This document shows, in pieces, positions 29,784-39,968 of a DNA stretch of 64,000 bases (position 1 is its first letter; every line of letters starts with the position of its first letter). The stretch is from NCBI GenBank assembly GCA_963836115.1, contig CAWIIH010000001.1, positions 18,735-82,734 of the forward strand, in the 5' to 3' direction. The notes under the pieces are model-generated. The model saw only the letters and a program-made list of their open reading frames with translations. It made no database searches and was not told the DNA's origin. Source of the stretch: an uncultured Acidobacteriaceae bacterium (lineage in GTDB: Bacteria; Acidobacteriota; Terriglobia; Terriglobales; Acidobacteriaceae). Made by a program: the position numbers and the translations under genes.

Positions 29784-31554
29784 TCAGGCCCTGGCTTGCA
29801 GCACTCCTTGAAAATATTCAACTACCGCCGCGATCCTAACATCGCGCACTTCCCGAGTCGAGCGTAGAACCACTTCCACAGTACCTTCGGTAACCTTCTT
29901 CCCGACCGTGATTCTAAAGGGGATACCGACCAAATCGGCATCCTTGAACTTCACCCCGGGCCGCTCATCGCGGTCATCGAGAATTACATCGAACCCCGCC
30001 GCTTCCAGCCGCGTTCCAATGTCGACCGCCGCACTCAGTAGACTCTCATCCTTCACGTTCGTGGGAGTGACCACGATCTCGAACGGCGCAATCGCCGGCG
30101 GCAACCAGAATCCGTTTTCGTCGTTGCTCTGCTCTACCGCCGCCGTCAGAATGCGCTCGATGCCAATCCCGTAACTGCCCATGATCGGCATCACTTCTTT
30201 GCCGTTCTTGTCGAGAACACGTGCGCCCATGGACTCCGAATAGCGGTAGCCGAGCTTGAAAATGTGTCCAACTTCAACCGCGGTATCGATGCGCAGCACG
30301 TTGCCGCAATTGGGACAACCTTCGCCCGCCGTGACCGCAGCGCAGGTCGGCATACGCCGTAGGATGAAAGTCCTTCCCCGGCGTGAGATTCTTCAGGTGG
30401 TAGTCTTCTTTATTCGCGCCCGCAATCAGGTTGGTGCGCCCTTCGAGAGCCTTATCGACCAGCAAGACCGGAAGCGCCGCATCTTTCTTCAGGTCCTTCG
30501 CCCACTCGATCCCCACCGGCCCTAGATATCCTGCCGGAGATTTGAACAGGGCCTTGATCTCGCCTTCCTCCATTGGCCGAGTCGCAACCACGACCGTGGC
30601 GTTGAGTTTAGCTTCGTTAAGCTGGTGGTCACCACGCATCAGCACCACAAACGCCCGCGATCTGGTCTTGCCGGTCTTTTCATCTTTCTCATCCGCCATT
30701 AAAGCCAGCGTTTTGATCTTGTTCTTCGGCGAAACCCCAAGAAACCGCGCGACATCTTCAATCGTCTTCTGCCCCGGAGTGTGCACCTCCAGCGGCGTGC
30801 CATCGCCCTCGGACTTCAGGTCCTCAACCGCCTCCAGCTTCGAGGTAGCTTTCTCCATGTTCGCCGCGTAGTTGCAGCCATCGCAGCTCACGATCTGATC
30901 TTCGCCCGCCGGCGTGCGCACCATGAACTCGTGCGATTCCTTGCCACCCATCGCTCCCGAGTCGGCCTCCACCACCATGTACTTCAACCCGCAGCGGTCG
31001 AAGATGCGGCAGTAGGTGTCGTAATGCTTCTTGTAAGAAACATCCAGCCCGGCCGCGTCGATGTCGAACGAGTAAGCGTCCTTCATCATGAACTGCCGTA
31101 CCCGCAGCAACCCAGACTTCGGCCGCGGCTCGTCGCGAAACTTCGGAGCAATCTGGTACCAGATCTGCGGCAACTGCTTGTAGCTGCGCAGTTCCTTGCG
31201 CGCAATCTCGGTCATCACTTCTTCTGCGGTAAAACCGAGCGCGAGATCGGCGCCCTTGCGGTCTTTCAGCCGAAACAGGTTGTCGCCCATCAGAGCCCAG
31301 CGCCCGCTGGCCTCCCAAATCTCCCGCGGATGCAGCAAGGGCAGAAAAAATTCCTGCCCGATCCGGTCCATCTCCGCGCGCACGATGGCCATGATCTTGT
31401 TGAACGACCGGTTGCCCAGAAAAAGATACGAGTAAATTCCCGCCGCCAGTTGCCGAATATAGCCAGCCCGCACCAGAAACTTGTGGCTGGCAACTTCCGC
31501 GTCGGCAGGAGCCTCGCGCAGGGTGGGAATGAAGAGTTCTGACCATCGATGCAT
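29784..31554 (-). pseudogene. proS: prolyl-tRNA synthetase, one frame break in this assembly
   Basis: N-terminal part from the ATG at 31554 ([16 protein letters not shown] ... [25 protein letters not shown]). C-terminal part is ORF 29784-30353 (GCPNCG ... [14 protein letters not shown] ... anticodon-binding domain). Total length is 3n+1. The join ADLR|AVTAGEG needs removal of one base near 30339. Confidence 0.9.
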
Positions 31555-31565
31555 AGAGTTTTCTT

Positions 31566-31605
31566 GCAGTACCGAGTTGCGAGTAACGAGTACCGAGTTA
31601 CATGC
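31566..31605. repeat. heptamer-word array (GAGTNNC units), left arm
   Basis: CAGTACC GAGTTGC GAGTAAC GAGTACC GAGTTAC. An inverted partner lies at 32288-32326. Confidence 0.5.
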
Positions 31606-31692
31606 ACTCGCTGATCCCTTGGTGGAATTTATCATTGTAGCAGCGGATTTCTTTGACCGGCTTCCAGCCCCTGCTAGAATGATTGCAGTCTC

Positions 31693-31932
31693 ATGGCTAA
31701 AGCTCGTTACCGCTACAACATCATCCTCCGACCGGAACCGGAAGGCGGTTACACCGCTCTGGTTCCCGCACTGCCTGGCTGCGTAACCTACGGCCGCACC
31801 GTGGACGAAGCTCGGGAAATGGCGAGGGACGCCATCTCTGGTTACATTGCCAGCCTGCGCAAGCACAACGATCCAATTCCAACCGACGACAATACACTGG
31901 TTGCCTCTCTCGATCTGGAGTATTCGCGCTAA
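31693..31932 (+). CDS. hicB: HicB-family antitoxin
   Basis: [41 protein letters not shown] matches the HicB/UPF0150 N-terminal domain. Confidence 0.8.
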   Translation: MAKARYRYNIILRPEPEGGYTALVPALPGCVTYGRTVDEAREMARDAISGYIASLRKHNDPIPTDDNTLVASLDLEYSR

Positions 31933-32045
31933 AGATGAGGGAAACTCCCTGAAAACAGGTATGTTCGGGAAGTTTTCCACTTTCTTCGGCGGCCTACGGT
32001 TACTGCTGGTTTTATAGGTTTTGTACTTGATATAAGGGTAGACAG

Positions 32046-32279
32046 ATGCCCAAGCTACCCGCAATTAGATCACGCCAAGTCGTCCGTTTCCTAGAGCAAA
32101 GCGGCTTCGCTCTCGACCATACCTCGGGCAGCCACTACGTTTTCTACCATCCCAGGTCACGCCGCCGCGCCGTTGTGCCCAGTCACAATCGCGACCTGCC
32201 CAAAGGCACTCTGATGTCACTGTTGAGAGAAGCCGGATTCTCCCGCGAGGAACTGATCGACTTCTTGGCAGGCAAATGA
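32046..32279 (+). CDS. hicA: HicA-family toxin (mRNA interferase)
   Basis: [27 protein letters not shown] ... [21 protein letters not shown] matches HicA/YcfA. Confidence 0.8.
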   Translation: MPKLPAIRSRQVVRFLEQSGFALDHTSGSHYVFYHPRSRRRAVVPSHNRDLPKGTLMSLLREAGFSREELIDFLAGK

Positions 32280-32287
32280 CATCTGCC

Positions 32288-32326
32288 CAGCTCGGTACTC
32301 CGTACTAGCAACTAGGTCACTCGGGA
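32288..32326. repeat. heptamer-word array, right arm (inverted relative to 31566-31605)
   Basis: The reverse complement reads AGTCCCGAGTGACCTAGTTGCTAGTACGGAGTACCGAGCTG and shares GAGTACCGAG with the left arm. Confidence 0.5.
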
Positions 32327-32593
32327 CTAAGCGCTCAGCTGCTTCAGAATCTCTTTCCCCAGCTTCTGCGTTTCCCCGAAAAACTTCTGATACTCGACGA
32401 ACAGCCGGTTCAGTTCCAGCGACCTGTCCGCCGAGAGATGCTTGCGCAGCATCATGTCGCGCACATGCACCGGGTTGGGCAGGGTTGCGTCTTCGTTCAA
32501 TTCTTCCAGCGCCGTATTGGGATCGTAGTGATACATGGGCCCTCTAATCATTGCGTCATTGTGCGATCGGGTGATTGTGCCATTGGAAGTCAA
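32327..32593 (-). CDS. hypothetical small protein
   Basis: 88-aa ORF downstream of kdsD on the same strand. No family recognised and the start is uncertain. Confidence 0.35.
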   Translation of the reverse strand: MTSNGTITRSHNDAMIRGPMYHYDPNTALEELNEDATLPNPVHVRDMMLRKHLSADRSLELNRLFVEYQKFFGETQKLGKEILKQLSA

Positions 32594-32657
32594 AGTTAAT
32601 CTGATGTTCCTGTGTTTTTCAATCGCCCGATGGCCCGATCACCCAATCACTCAATTT

Positions 32658-33647
32658 CTACACTAGTTCGGTACTCCACAGATCGTGCAGGTGCACGATC
32701 CCCTCCAATTTCCCGCCACCATCCACCACCATTAGAGAAGTAATCTTCTTCTCTTCCATCAAAGCCAAGGCAGTCGCGGCGAACTCTCCGGCCGCAATCG
32801 TCCGCGGATTCTTCGTCATGCACTCCCCCGCCGTCAGATCGAGCACGTCTTTCCCGCGCTTCTCCAGCAGCCGCCGCAAGTCTCCGTCGCTGATGACGCC
32901 CACCAGTTTCTCGCCTTCCACCACCGCCGTCACGCCGAGCTTCTTGCGCGACATTTCATAAATCACGTCCGGCATCTTCGTCTGCGGACCAACGCGAGGC
33001 AACGCCTCGCCTGAGTGCATCAGTGACTCCACCCGCGCCAGCCGCTTCCCCAACTTTCCGCCCGGATGCAAATTGGCAAAATCTTCTTCCTTGAACCCGC
33101 GCTTCTCGCTGAGCGTAACCGCCAACGCGTCTCCCAGCGCCAGCATGGTCGTAGTCGACGCCGTAGGAGCCAGCCCCAGCGAGCAGGCCTCCTCCGCGAT
33201 CGAACAATCCAGAGCCACATCAGCAGCCGCCGCGAGGGTGGATGCTCGTGTTGGACATAACCCGTACACCTCATCCCCGGTCATCGCAATCAGGGGCACC
33301 TGCAGCCGCTTGATCGTCGCCAGCAACGCCAGAATCTCCTCCGTCTCGCCAGAGGCCGAAAGCGCCACCACCACATCCCCGCGCACTACCATTCCCAAAT
33401 CTCCGTGCAGCGCTTCCACCGGATGCAGATACAACGCCGGAGTCCCCGTCGAACTCAGCGTCGCCGCGATCTTGCGCGCAATCAGCCCACTCTTCCCCAT
33501 CCCAGTCACCACCACGCGTCCCGCACAACCAAACATCAAATCCACAGCCCGCTGAAACGCATCCGCCATCGGCCCACCAATGCGGTCCGCCAGCGCGCGC
33601 AGCGCCTCCGCCTCTATGCGCACCACGTTCTCGCCGATATTTTTCAT
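32658..33647 (-). CDS. kdsD: arabinose-5-phosphate isomerase (KpsF/GutQ family; SIS + tandem CBS)
   Basis: GRVVVTGMGKSG, SASGET, C-terminal CBS pair, full-length similarity. Confidence 0.9.
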   Translation of the reverse strand: MKNIGENVVRIEAEALRALADRIGGPMADAFQRAVDLMFGCAGRVVVTGMGKSGLIARKIAATLSSTGTPALYLHPVEALHGDLGMVVRGDVVVALSASGETEEILALLATIKRLQVPLIAMTGDEVYGLCPTRASTLAAAADVALDCSIAEEACSLGLAPTASTTTMLALGDALAVTLSEKRGFKEEDFANLHPGGKLGKRLARVESLMHSGEALPRVGPQTKMPDVIYEMSRKKLGVTAVVEGEKLVGVISDGDLRRLLEKRGKDVLDLTAGECMTKNPRTIAAGEFAATALALMEEKKITSLMVVDGGGKLEGIVHLHDLWSTELV

Positions 33648-33670
33648 GGAAACGCGATCCTCAAAGCAAC

Positions 33671-33768
33671 TGAGTGATTGGGTAATTTAGTAATTGGGCA
33701 ATTGAAAACCAAACTCCACAGTGCCGCCGTTTTTCAAATTACCCAATTACTAAATAACAAGATTACTC
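33671..33768. repeat. heptamer-periodic inverted repeat (hairpin)
   Basis: GAGTGATTGGGTAATTTAGTAATTGGGCAATTG ... CAAATTACCCAATTACTAAATAACAAGATTACTCAATC. A related inverted array lies at 32621-32656. Confidence 0.6.
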
Positions 33769-33774
33769 AATCCC

Positions 33775-34962
33775 TTAGAAGTGGTCCTCACTGCCCCGCG
33801 GCGCCACCGTCTTCTGCCCCAGCACCGCCAGCCCCTTGGCCTGGATCATCCGGTCCCACGGCCCCGCCTGCCAGTTGTCCCGCATCTTCGCCGGATGCTG
33901 CCACGGGGGCAGCGAGAGCATCAGATTTTTCCCCATCGAATGCAGGTAAGGTTCATACATCGACCGCAACTTGTTCAGCTTTTGCCGCGCTTCATCGCCC
34001 GTCCGCAGTTTCAATCCAGCGCCCGCCAGCGTCTCTCGCAGTGCGTCGAAATCGGCGTCGGTCAGCCGTTCTGCGGCCTGCGGATCGTAGCGCGCATTCA
34101 CCACCTGCGCCAGATCCACGGCCGCATGCCGCGCCATGGCGAAGGTCAGCCGCGCCTGCCCGGGATGAATACCCTCGATCCCGGTCATCACCAGCGATGT
34201 CACGTCCAGCATGGTCATCAGCGCTCCCAGCCAGGACTGGTTGCTGTGCTGCGAACGAAAAAAACTCAACGCCGGATAAGAAATGTGGCTCTCCAGCAAT
34301 TCCCCCGACCAGCGCTCCCAATCGCGCAAGACTCCGTCGAGCACCTTCTGGTCGATCGCCGGGTCCTCCGAACTCCCCGCTAGCCGCACCAGCAACTCGG
34401 TCGCCGTCGGCGGCGATCCCGCGCGGGCGTCGAGCATCGAGATCTGAATCTCCCGCCGCGAAAACGAACCGTACACCACCGGGAGATAGCCGATCACAAC
34501 GCCGAGAAACGCAAAGCCCATCCCCGCTTCCAGCACCGAAAGCGCACGCGCCAGACTCGACGTCGGCACAATGTCGCCATAACCCAGCGTGAAAAATGTC
34601 TCCCCGCTCTGGTAGATGATCCTGCCAAACGTGATCGGCTCGTTGCCCAGTTGTTCGTGCCCGCCAATGCCATACTGCAGCAACGCAAAGCCGAAGATCA
34701 GACTCGCGGCCCAAAACTCCAGCAGCAGAATCAGCGACAGCGGCCCGAAGTATCCCAGAAAATTCTGCTGCCGCGAAGAGGTCCGGATGCGACCGGCGAG
34801 ATTCCTCCACGGAATCCAGGTGCGCCGGTAGAACCATGCGGTCAGCTTGAACTGCCGCGTCACGCGCCGCGGCAGCACGATGGTCTCAAACGCGTCCAAA
34901 AGCACGACGCAAATGATGACGATGCCGAAGATCGCCGCGGGAATGCTGCCGTGAACGTTCAT
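33775..34962 (-). CDS. two-TM potassium channel family protein
   Basis: Selectivity filter TLGYGD (FFTLGYGDIVPT) flanked by TM helices, followed by a large cytoplasmic C-terminal domain. Confidence 0.75.
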   Translation of the reverse strand: MNVHGSIPAAIFGIVIICVVLLDAFETIVLPRRVTRQFKLTAWFYRRTWIPWRNLAGRIRTSSRQQNFLGYFGPLSLILLLEFWAASLIFGFALLQYGIGGHEQLGNEPITFGRIIYQSGETFFTLGYGDIVPTSSLARALSVLEAGMGFAFLGVVIGYLPVVYGSFSRREIQISMLDARAGSPPTATELLVRLAGSSEDPAIDQKVLDGVLRDWERWSGELLESHISYPALSFFRSQHSNQSWLGALMTMLDVTSLVMTGIEGIHPGQARLTFAMARHAAVDLAQVVNARYDPQAAERLTDADFDALRETLAGAGLKLRTGDEARQKLNKLRSMYEPYLHSMGKNLMLSLPPWQHPAKMRDNWQAGPWDRMIQAKGLAVLGQKTVAPRGSEDHF

Positions 34963-35101
34963 GCCGGATTCTCAGCTTGCATGGATGCGGAAGGAAGGGT
35001 AACAGATTCGGCGTCTGGCGTCCGGCAACCGGCTCCCGGACTCTGGCGCGCGCTGCGTCAGTGAAGATTTTCCGGCAGCCCGGAGCCGGACGCCGGTTTT
35101 C

Positions 35102-35872
35102 TCATTGCGGCTTAGACTGTGCTGGCGGTGTCTGTGTGGTGGAAGGCGTGGTCACCGTCGCCGGCTTCTTCGCTACCGGCTTCTTTTTCACCGCCGGCTT
35201 CTTTGCCGGCTCGTTATCGTCCACCACAATTTTCTTCGGAGGCTCGGCCGGACCCGCCGCCTGCGCCGTCTTCAAGTCCGCGCGGAGACGCACGATCTCT
35301 TGCTCCTTCGACGTGGCCAGGTTCTCCAGGCGCTCCGCCAGCGCTTTCAGGTTTTTGTCGAAACCTTCCAAATCGTTGGAAAGAGCCTGGTAATCGTTCT
35401 TCGATCCAAATGCGCCGGTGGATTCGGTCGCACTGGCGAGCACGTAGCCGAGGGTATCGAGGTTGCGATAGAGCCGGAAGGTTGCGGCCAGGTCCTCCGG
35501 CGCATTGCGCAGTTTCCCAATGATCTCCGGCAACGCCTTCTCCAAATTGTGCTGGATGGAATCCGCGTCCGCGAGCGCCCGCTTCTTCGTGGCGTTGTCC
35601 GTCTTCCATCTTTCGATTCGCAGTTTCGCGAGATCGTCCTGCGTGGCCTTCGATGTGGCCTCCAGTTGCGCCAGCAACTGGTTCAGTTGCGTCACCGACG
35701 CATAAGAAACCGCCGTGCCCTGCGGCGGAGTTGCTGCAGAGGCCAAACTCCCCTGCGCCGAATATTGCGGACTTGCATTCGCGGCCGGCGCGGTAGCCGC
35801 AGCGGACTGGCTGAACGCCGCCCCGGCGCACAGCAGCACAAAGAAACAGGAGAGGATGAGTTTGGAGTTCAT
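35102..35872 (-). CDS. secreted coiled-coil protein with Lys/Pro-rich tail, hypothetical
   Basis: Signal peptide MNSKLILSCFFVLLCAGAAFSQ. No family recognised. Confidence 0.55.
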   Translation of the reverse strand: MNSKLILSCFFVLLCAGAAFSQSAAATAPAANASPQYSAQGSLASAATPPQGTAVSYASVTQLNQLLAQLEATSKATQDDLAKLRIERWKTDNATKKRALADADSIQHNLEKALPEIIGKLRNAPEDLAATFRLYRNLDTLGYVLASATESTGAFGSKNDYQALSNDLEGFDKNLKALAERLENLATSKEQEIVRLRADLKTAQAAGPAEPPKKIVVDDNEPAKKPAVKKKPVAKKPATVTTPSTTQTPPAQSKPQ

Positions 35873-36101
35873 TGTCTGTAGACGGCGGCGTGCCAGGCAA
35901 CAGAATAACGACAAGCCGAGGATACTACAAACCGCAACATTCTTCCGTGGGTTGTTCGAGATGCAACCTACGATCCGGGTCAATGCGTGCAACGGCGATG
36001 CTACACCCACAACCACTATGGGCCGAAACCTCAACGCGGCAGGGTCGTCTCCAGCCCGGCCTTCGGTGGATGCCGTTTCGACCTCTTCTGACTCTGTCGA
36101 C

Positions 36102-36347
36102 TCACGCAATTCTTGCAGGCGCCTTTTCGGCTTCTTCTTCCAGAAGCGAATCCACCTTGGCCCGGATCTGTGTCCATTTGGCCCGTTGCCTCTCTCTTGC
36201 TGCTTCGATTCCTTGTTGAAGTTCTAGCTTGTTGACTTGCCCACGTTCCAGCATTATCTCGAAAATCGCGTCTGCTCGAACAGCAGCAGTTTCGATGTGC
36301 GTCAATATCTCTCTGCATGCCTGGATTGCCTGTTTGTTTTGTACCAT
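36102..36347 (-). CDS. small helical protein, hypothetical
   Basis: 81-aa ORF from the ATG at 36347. No family recognised. Confidence 0.3.
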   Translation of the reverse strand: MVQNKQAIQACREILTHIETAAVRADAIFEIMLERGQVNKLELQQGIEAARERQRAKWTQIRAKVDSLLEEEAEKAPARIA

Positions 36348-36699
36348 GATGCCACTCCTAGTCTCGGGTTGGTGTGTCGCCGTTGCACAGCGACGCACAG
36401 CACGGGAAGCCCGCCCTCCGAGGAGCAGGTGATCGTTTAACCAATCTTAGTAGGAATGGCTTCCTAAATCAGTGACCCTCGGCACTCTACTTCGTGAGGA
36501 AACTCGCAACCCACGCTTGTTCCATTCTCAAATCCCGGCGCTGCCACGCGCACGGCGCCAGTTCAGGATTGTTGAAACCAGCAGGCCATTACGCTCCTTG
36601 ACCCCGGGTCAATGAGTGATATCGCGATTTTTCGCCAACAACCCTTCTTGCGCAAGCTCTCACGCTTCTATACTGCAATGAGGAAAGGATCTGGCTGAA

Positions 36700-37926
36700 A
36701 TGCCTCTCGACAAAGCGGCTCGTAGCGGGGTTCGTCGCTTCTTCCGGCGGCAGCAAGTCCTGGTGTTCGCTGCTGTTGCAGTTTTCGCATTGTTATCCGT
36801 GCTGAGGATATCCTCGCATCTCTGGACCTGCATTGTGTTCGCGTTATGCATCGGGAATCTCATGTTTCCCATCATGCGCCGCTTGGAACGGTACTATTCC
36901 CGACTCGCTGTTCCCCTTTATTGGATCGTGGGGCTCCCTGTCTTGGCTGTGGTTAGTTTTGGAACTGTGATTGCGGCCACTGCCATCATTTACGCCTTGC
37001 TAATGGAACCTGCAGACCGAACCCGGGCGAATGTGACCGCTGACATTCGGCTCGGCACAATGGTCGCCTTCATTGTTGGGATGGTTTCCCAATTCTACGC
37101 AGTCATGAAAAACAGGCTTGAATCGCAGAATGTAGTGCTCCAAGAAGCGGTGCAGACCAGGACCTCCCAGCTCGAACAACATGAAAAGGAACTGGAAACT
37201 GCAAGGGAGATTCAAGCCAGGCTCATTCCCACGCGGATTCCTCAGTTACCGAATCTCGAAATCGTTGGAAGCTATCAACCAGCGCGAGTTGTGGGAGGCG
37301 ACTATTTTGACGTAATCCAATTCAGTGAGACAAGAGCAGCCGTATGCGTGGCCGACGTTGTGGGCAAAGGGATTGCAGCCGCCCTTCTCATGGCCAACGT
37401 TCAAGCCGTGGTGAAGGGGTTCGCAGCGGAGAATGTGGCTCCATCTGAAATCTCCGCACAGCTCAACCGCGTGCTGTGCAGTAATCTCGCACCGGGCAAG
37501 TTCGTCACATTTTTTTACTGCGTCGTTGACACGATCGCAAGGACATTGACGTACAGCAACGCGGGACACTGCTTCCCCGTGTTACACCGCTCTACAGGGA
37601 ACACGGAAGTCCTCGGCAATGGGGGAATCGTTCTGGGGATATTTCCCGATTCGAAGTATTGGGATGTGACGGTGCAGTTCGACCCTGGAGACAAAGTGCT
37701 GTTGTTCACGGATGGAATCACCGAGGCCACGAACACCCGCGACGAAGAATACGGCGAGGCCAGGTTGCGGCAGGGACTTGATGGCGATTCAAGCAGCAAC
37801 CCTGCGACGATGCATCGCAAATTGATGCAGGAAGTAACAGCCTTTTGCTTGGGCAACTTTGCCGATGACGCAACGCTCGTATTGATTTCATTCCGACCTT
37901 CGGCGAAATCCCGTGTGGTCCAATAG
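36700..37926 (+). CDS. membrane-bound PP2C/SpoIIE-family serine phosphatase (RsbU-like)
   Basis: N-terminal TM helices, then GGDYFDV ... VADVVGKGIAAALLMA ... LLFTDGITEA motifs. Confidence 0.8.
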   Translation: MPLDKAARSGVRRFFRRQQVLVFAAVAVFALLSVLRISSHLWTCIVFALCIGNLMFPIMRRLERYYSRLAVPLYWIVGLPVLAVVSFGTVIAATAIIYALLMEPADRTRANVTADIRLGTMVAFIVGMVSQFYAVMKNRLESQNVVLQEAVQTRTSQLEQHEKELETAREIQARLIPTRIPQLPNLEIVGSYQPARVVGGDYFDVIQFSETRAAVCVADVVGKGIAAALLMANVQAVVKGFAAENVAPSEISAQLNRVLCSNLAPGKFVTFFYCVVDTIARTLTYSNAGHCFPVLHRSTGNTEVLGNGGIVLGIFPDSKYWDVTVQFDPGDKVLLFTDGITEATNTRDEEYGEARLRQGLDGDSSSNPATMHRKLMQEVTAFCLGNFADDATLVLISFRPSAKSRVVQ

Positions 37927-38141
37927 TAGAACAGGTGGGTAGTTGGCCAGAGTCCTTTGCGCCTGCACGCCATGTGGCCTTCAATCTCCGGCAAAAGTTT
38001 TCGCTCGGAACCGGCAAGTGCCAGTCTTAAGTGACGAGTATTTGGTCAATTGATGTAACCGGGCCTTAGCACTAATTGACCCGGTTCTGAGTGTAGTGGC
38101 GATCCTCCGCCAGCCCTGTTTTTGCTAGGTTGCAAACTCGA

Positions 38142-39671
38142 CTAATTCAACTTCAGGAAGGGCATGACGGAGGGTACGCCGCTCGAGTTCACGATCACGA
38201 GCATGTAATAGCCGGGCGGCGCTATGCTCCCGTTCGCCGGAGCCGTGGCCGAAATCGTACCCGCGCCGATCATGAACTTCAGGTCCACATAGCGTTGGTC
38301 AAAGTCATCCGCGTGAGTTGTCGCCCCCGGCCGCACCAGAGCCACTCGTGTGATGGTCGAGGCGTTCGTGGTCGTGATTTTGAACTTGGCGCCATAGGTC
38401 AGAGTCGTCGGCGCCGATTGGATCACCGGACGCGCACCCTGGAACAGGTACGGCGGGCTGTAGATCTCATAGGTGACTTGCGGGGAAGCGCCGTTGTCGG
38501 AACCGGCGGAAACCACCCGCCCGTCCGGGATCAGCACCGCCGTCGAATGATAGGTTCGCTGCACCGTCTGCGATGCCATGACCGTCCATTGCCCGGTCGT
38601 CGGATTGTACAACTCGGCCGCCAGCACCGGGTTCGCGTAGCGCCCGCCTCCGCCCCCGCCGCCCACCGCCAGCACCGTTCCATCCGCCAGCAGTACCAGG
38701 TTTTCGTTATAGCGGGCATAAGTCATAGCGCCGGTATAGCTCCATGCCGGCTTGGCTGCGGACATGTCAATGATCTCGGCGGTATTCGTGGCCGTGGTGC
38801 CGCCGTTATCCTTACCCGGCGAACCGCCCGCGACCATGATCTTCTCCTGCCCCGGCAACAACACATGCGGAGCGAAATACCGGTAACCAAAATTGACCGC
38901 GGCTACGAACGACCATGCATTTGTGGTTGGGTTGAACTGGTAGGTTTGCGCCGCCGGCGACGATAGAAACACATTCCCATTGGGCAACAGCGACATCCGG
39001 GGATAGACCTGGGTGACCGGACTGGGCAGGTTGGCTGAAGTAGGCAGATTCGTCCACTTGCCGGTCGTATAGTTGTACGTCTCCATTGTCTTCTGGACGA
39101 ACGCGCCGGTCTCATTGGTGCCCGAGAGTTCCAGCATCGTCCCGTCGGTAAGTTCCACGCTGCTCGGATACCAGCGGGCATAGTTCATGTCGGTGCCGGT
39201 CGACCAGGTGGAAGTGCTGGGACTAAATATCATCACATTCTTGGTTCCGCATCCACTGGCGGTGTGGGAACAGGTCATGCCCTCTACGTTTCCGCCCGTC
39301 GCCATCACATTGCCGTTCTCCAGAATCGTGATGCCGGAGCAGAAGATATCTTCCGAGACCGGCAACGCAACATTGGTTAGAGCGCCGGTAATCGGATTCA
39401 GCACCATCGCCTGGGAGTTTTCCGTGCCGGTCGCCGGGTAGTAGTAGAAAAGCACATTTCCATTGTTCATCACCGCGGCATTCGATCCAACCAAACAGGG
39501 ATACGTGCAGAAATTCACCGGGGCCGCCCATTCTCCTATAGTCGAACTGGACGACTTAGCTGCAGGAGCTTTGGCCGCAACCTCCGCCTGCCCCAATACA
39601 AAGACAGGCACCACGCAAGCACACAAAACCATAGCAACTAAGACAAGTCGCAAGGACCGCAACATGAGCAT
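38142..39671 (-). CDS. secreted glyoxal/galactose-oxidase-like protein (kelch propeller + C-terminal DUF1929-type Ig domain)
   Basis: Signal peptide and a propeller repeat region. C-terminal YEIYSPPYLF ... ATTHADDFDQRYV ... PPGYYMLVIVNSSGVPS is typical of the family. Confidence 0.7.
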   Translation of the reverse strand: MLMLRSLRLVLVAMVLCACVVPVFVLGQAEVAAKAPAAKSSSSTIGEWAAPVNFCTYPCLVGSNAAVMNNGNVLFYYYPATGTENSQAMVLNPITGALTNVALPVSEDIFCSGITILENGNVMATGGNVEGMTCSHTASGCGTKNVMIFSPSTSTWSTGTDMNYARWYPSSVELTDGTMLELSGTNETGAFVQKTMETYNYTTGKWTNLPTSANLPSPVTQVYPRMSLLPNGNVFLSSPAAQTYQFNPTTNAWSFVAAVNFGYRYFAPHVLLPGQEKIMVAGGSPGKDNGGTTATNTAEIIDMSAAKPAWSYTGAMTYARYNENLVLLADGTVLAVGGGGGGGRYANPVLAAELYNPTTGQWTVMASQTVQRTYHSTAVLIPDGRVVSAGSDNGASPQVTYEIYSPPYLFQGARPVIQSAPTTLTYGAKFKITTTNASTITRVALVRPGATTHADDFDQRYVDLKFMIGAGTISATAPANGSIAPPGYYMLVIVNSSGVPSVMPFLKLN

Positions 39672-39968
39672 CTCCCCCGTTTCTCAAGCTGGCGCCCGTC
39701 CGCGAAAACCGGCCTGCAAAGCGCGTCCAGCGCAAGACTACTCACTTCACCATGGGGGATGTGAGGTGTCAAGATGAAGGATTTTGCAACTCAACCTGTC
39801 GTAACAAGCAGTTCTGGGCGCCGAACCACAGCCGCCGCCGCGTTTGAGAAGTGGCCGGCCCCGGTCAACGAGAGCAATCGGCATGTTACGTCAACAAACC
39901 ACAAGTTCGCTCCAGCATGCCTTTGCTGGACTTCGCTTGGCCTCGGCCAGCCCCTCAGCCTGGCCTCT

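Noticed and set aside
31555-32064. 170-codon N-terminal extension of the proS ORF (ORF 30274-32064)
   Set aside because: ProRS homology begins at the ATG at 31554 ([16 protein letters not shown]). The extension overlaps hicBA on the opposite strand and has no family resemblance.
33678-34837. Pro/Ala/Arg-rich ORFs 33678-34592 (+) and 33992-34837 (-)
   Set aside because: They are alternative frames of the potassium-channel gene (33775-34962), which carries the TLGYGD filter.
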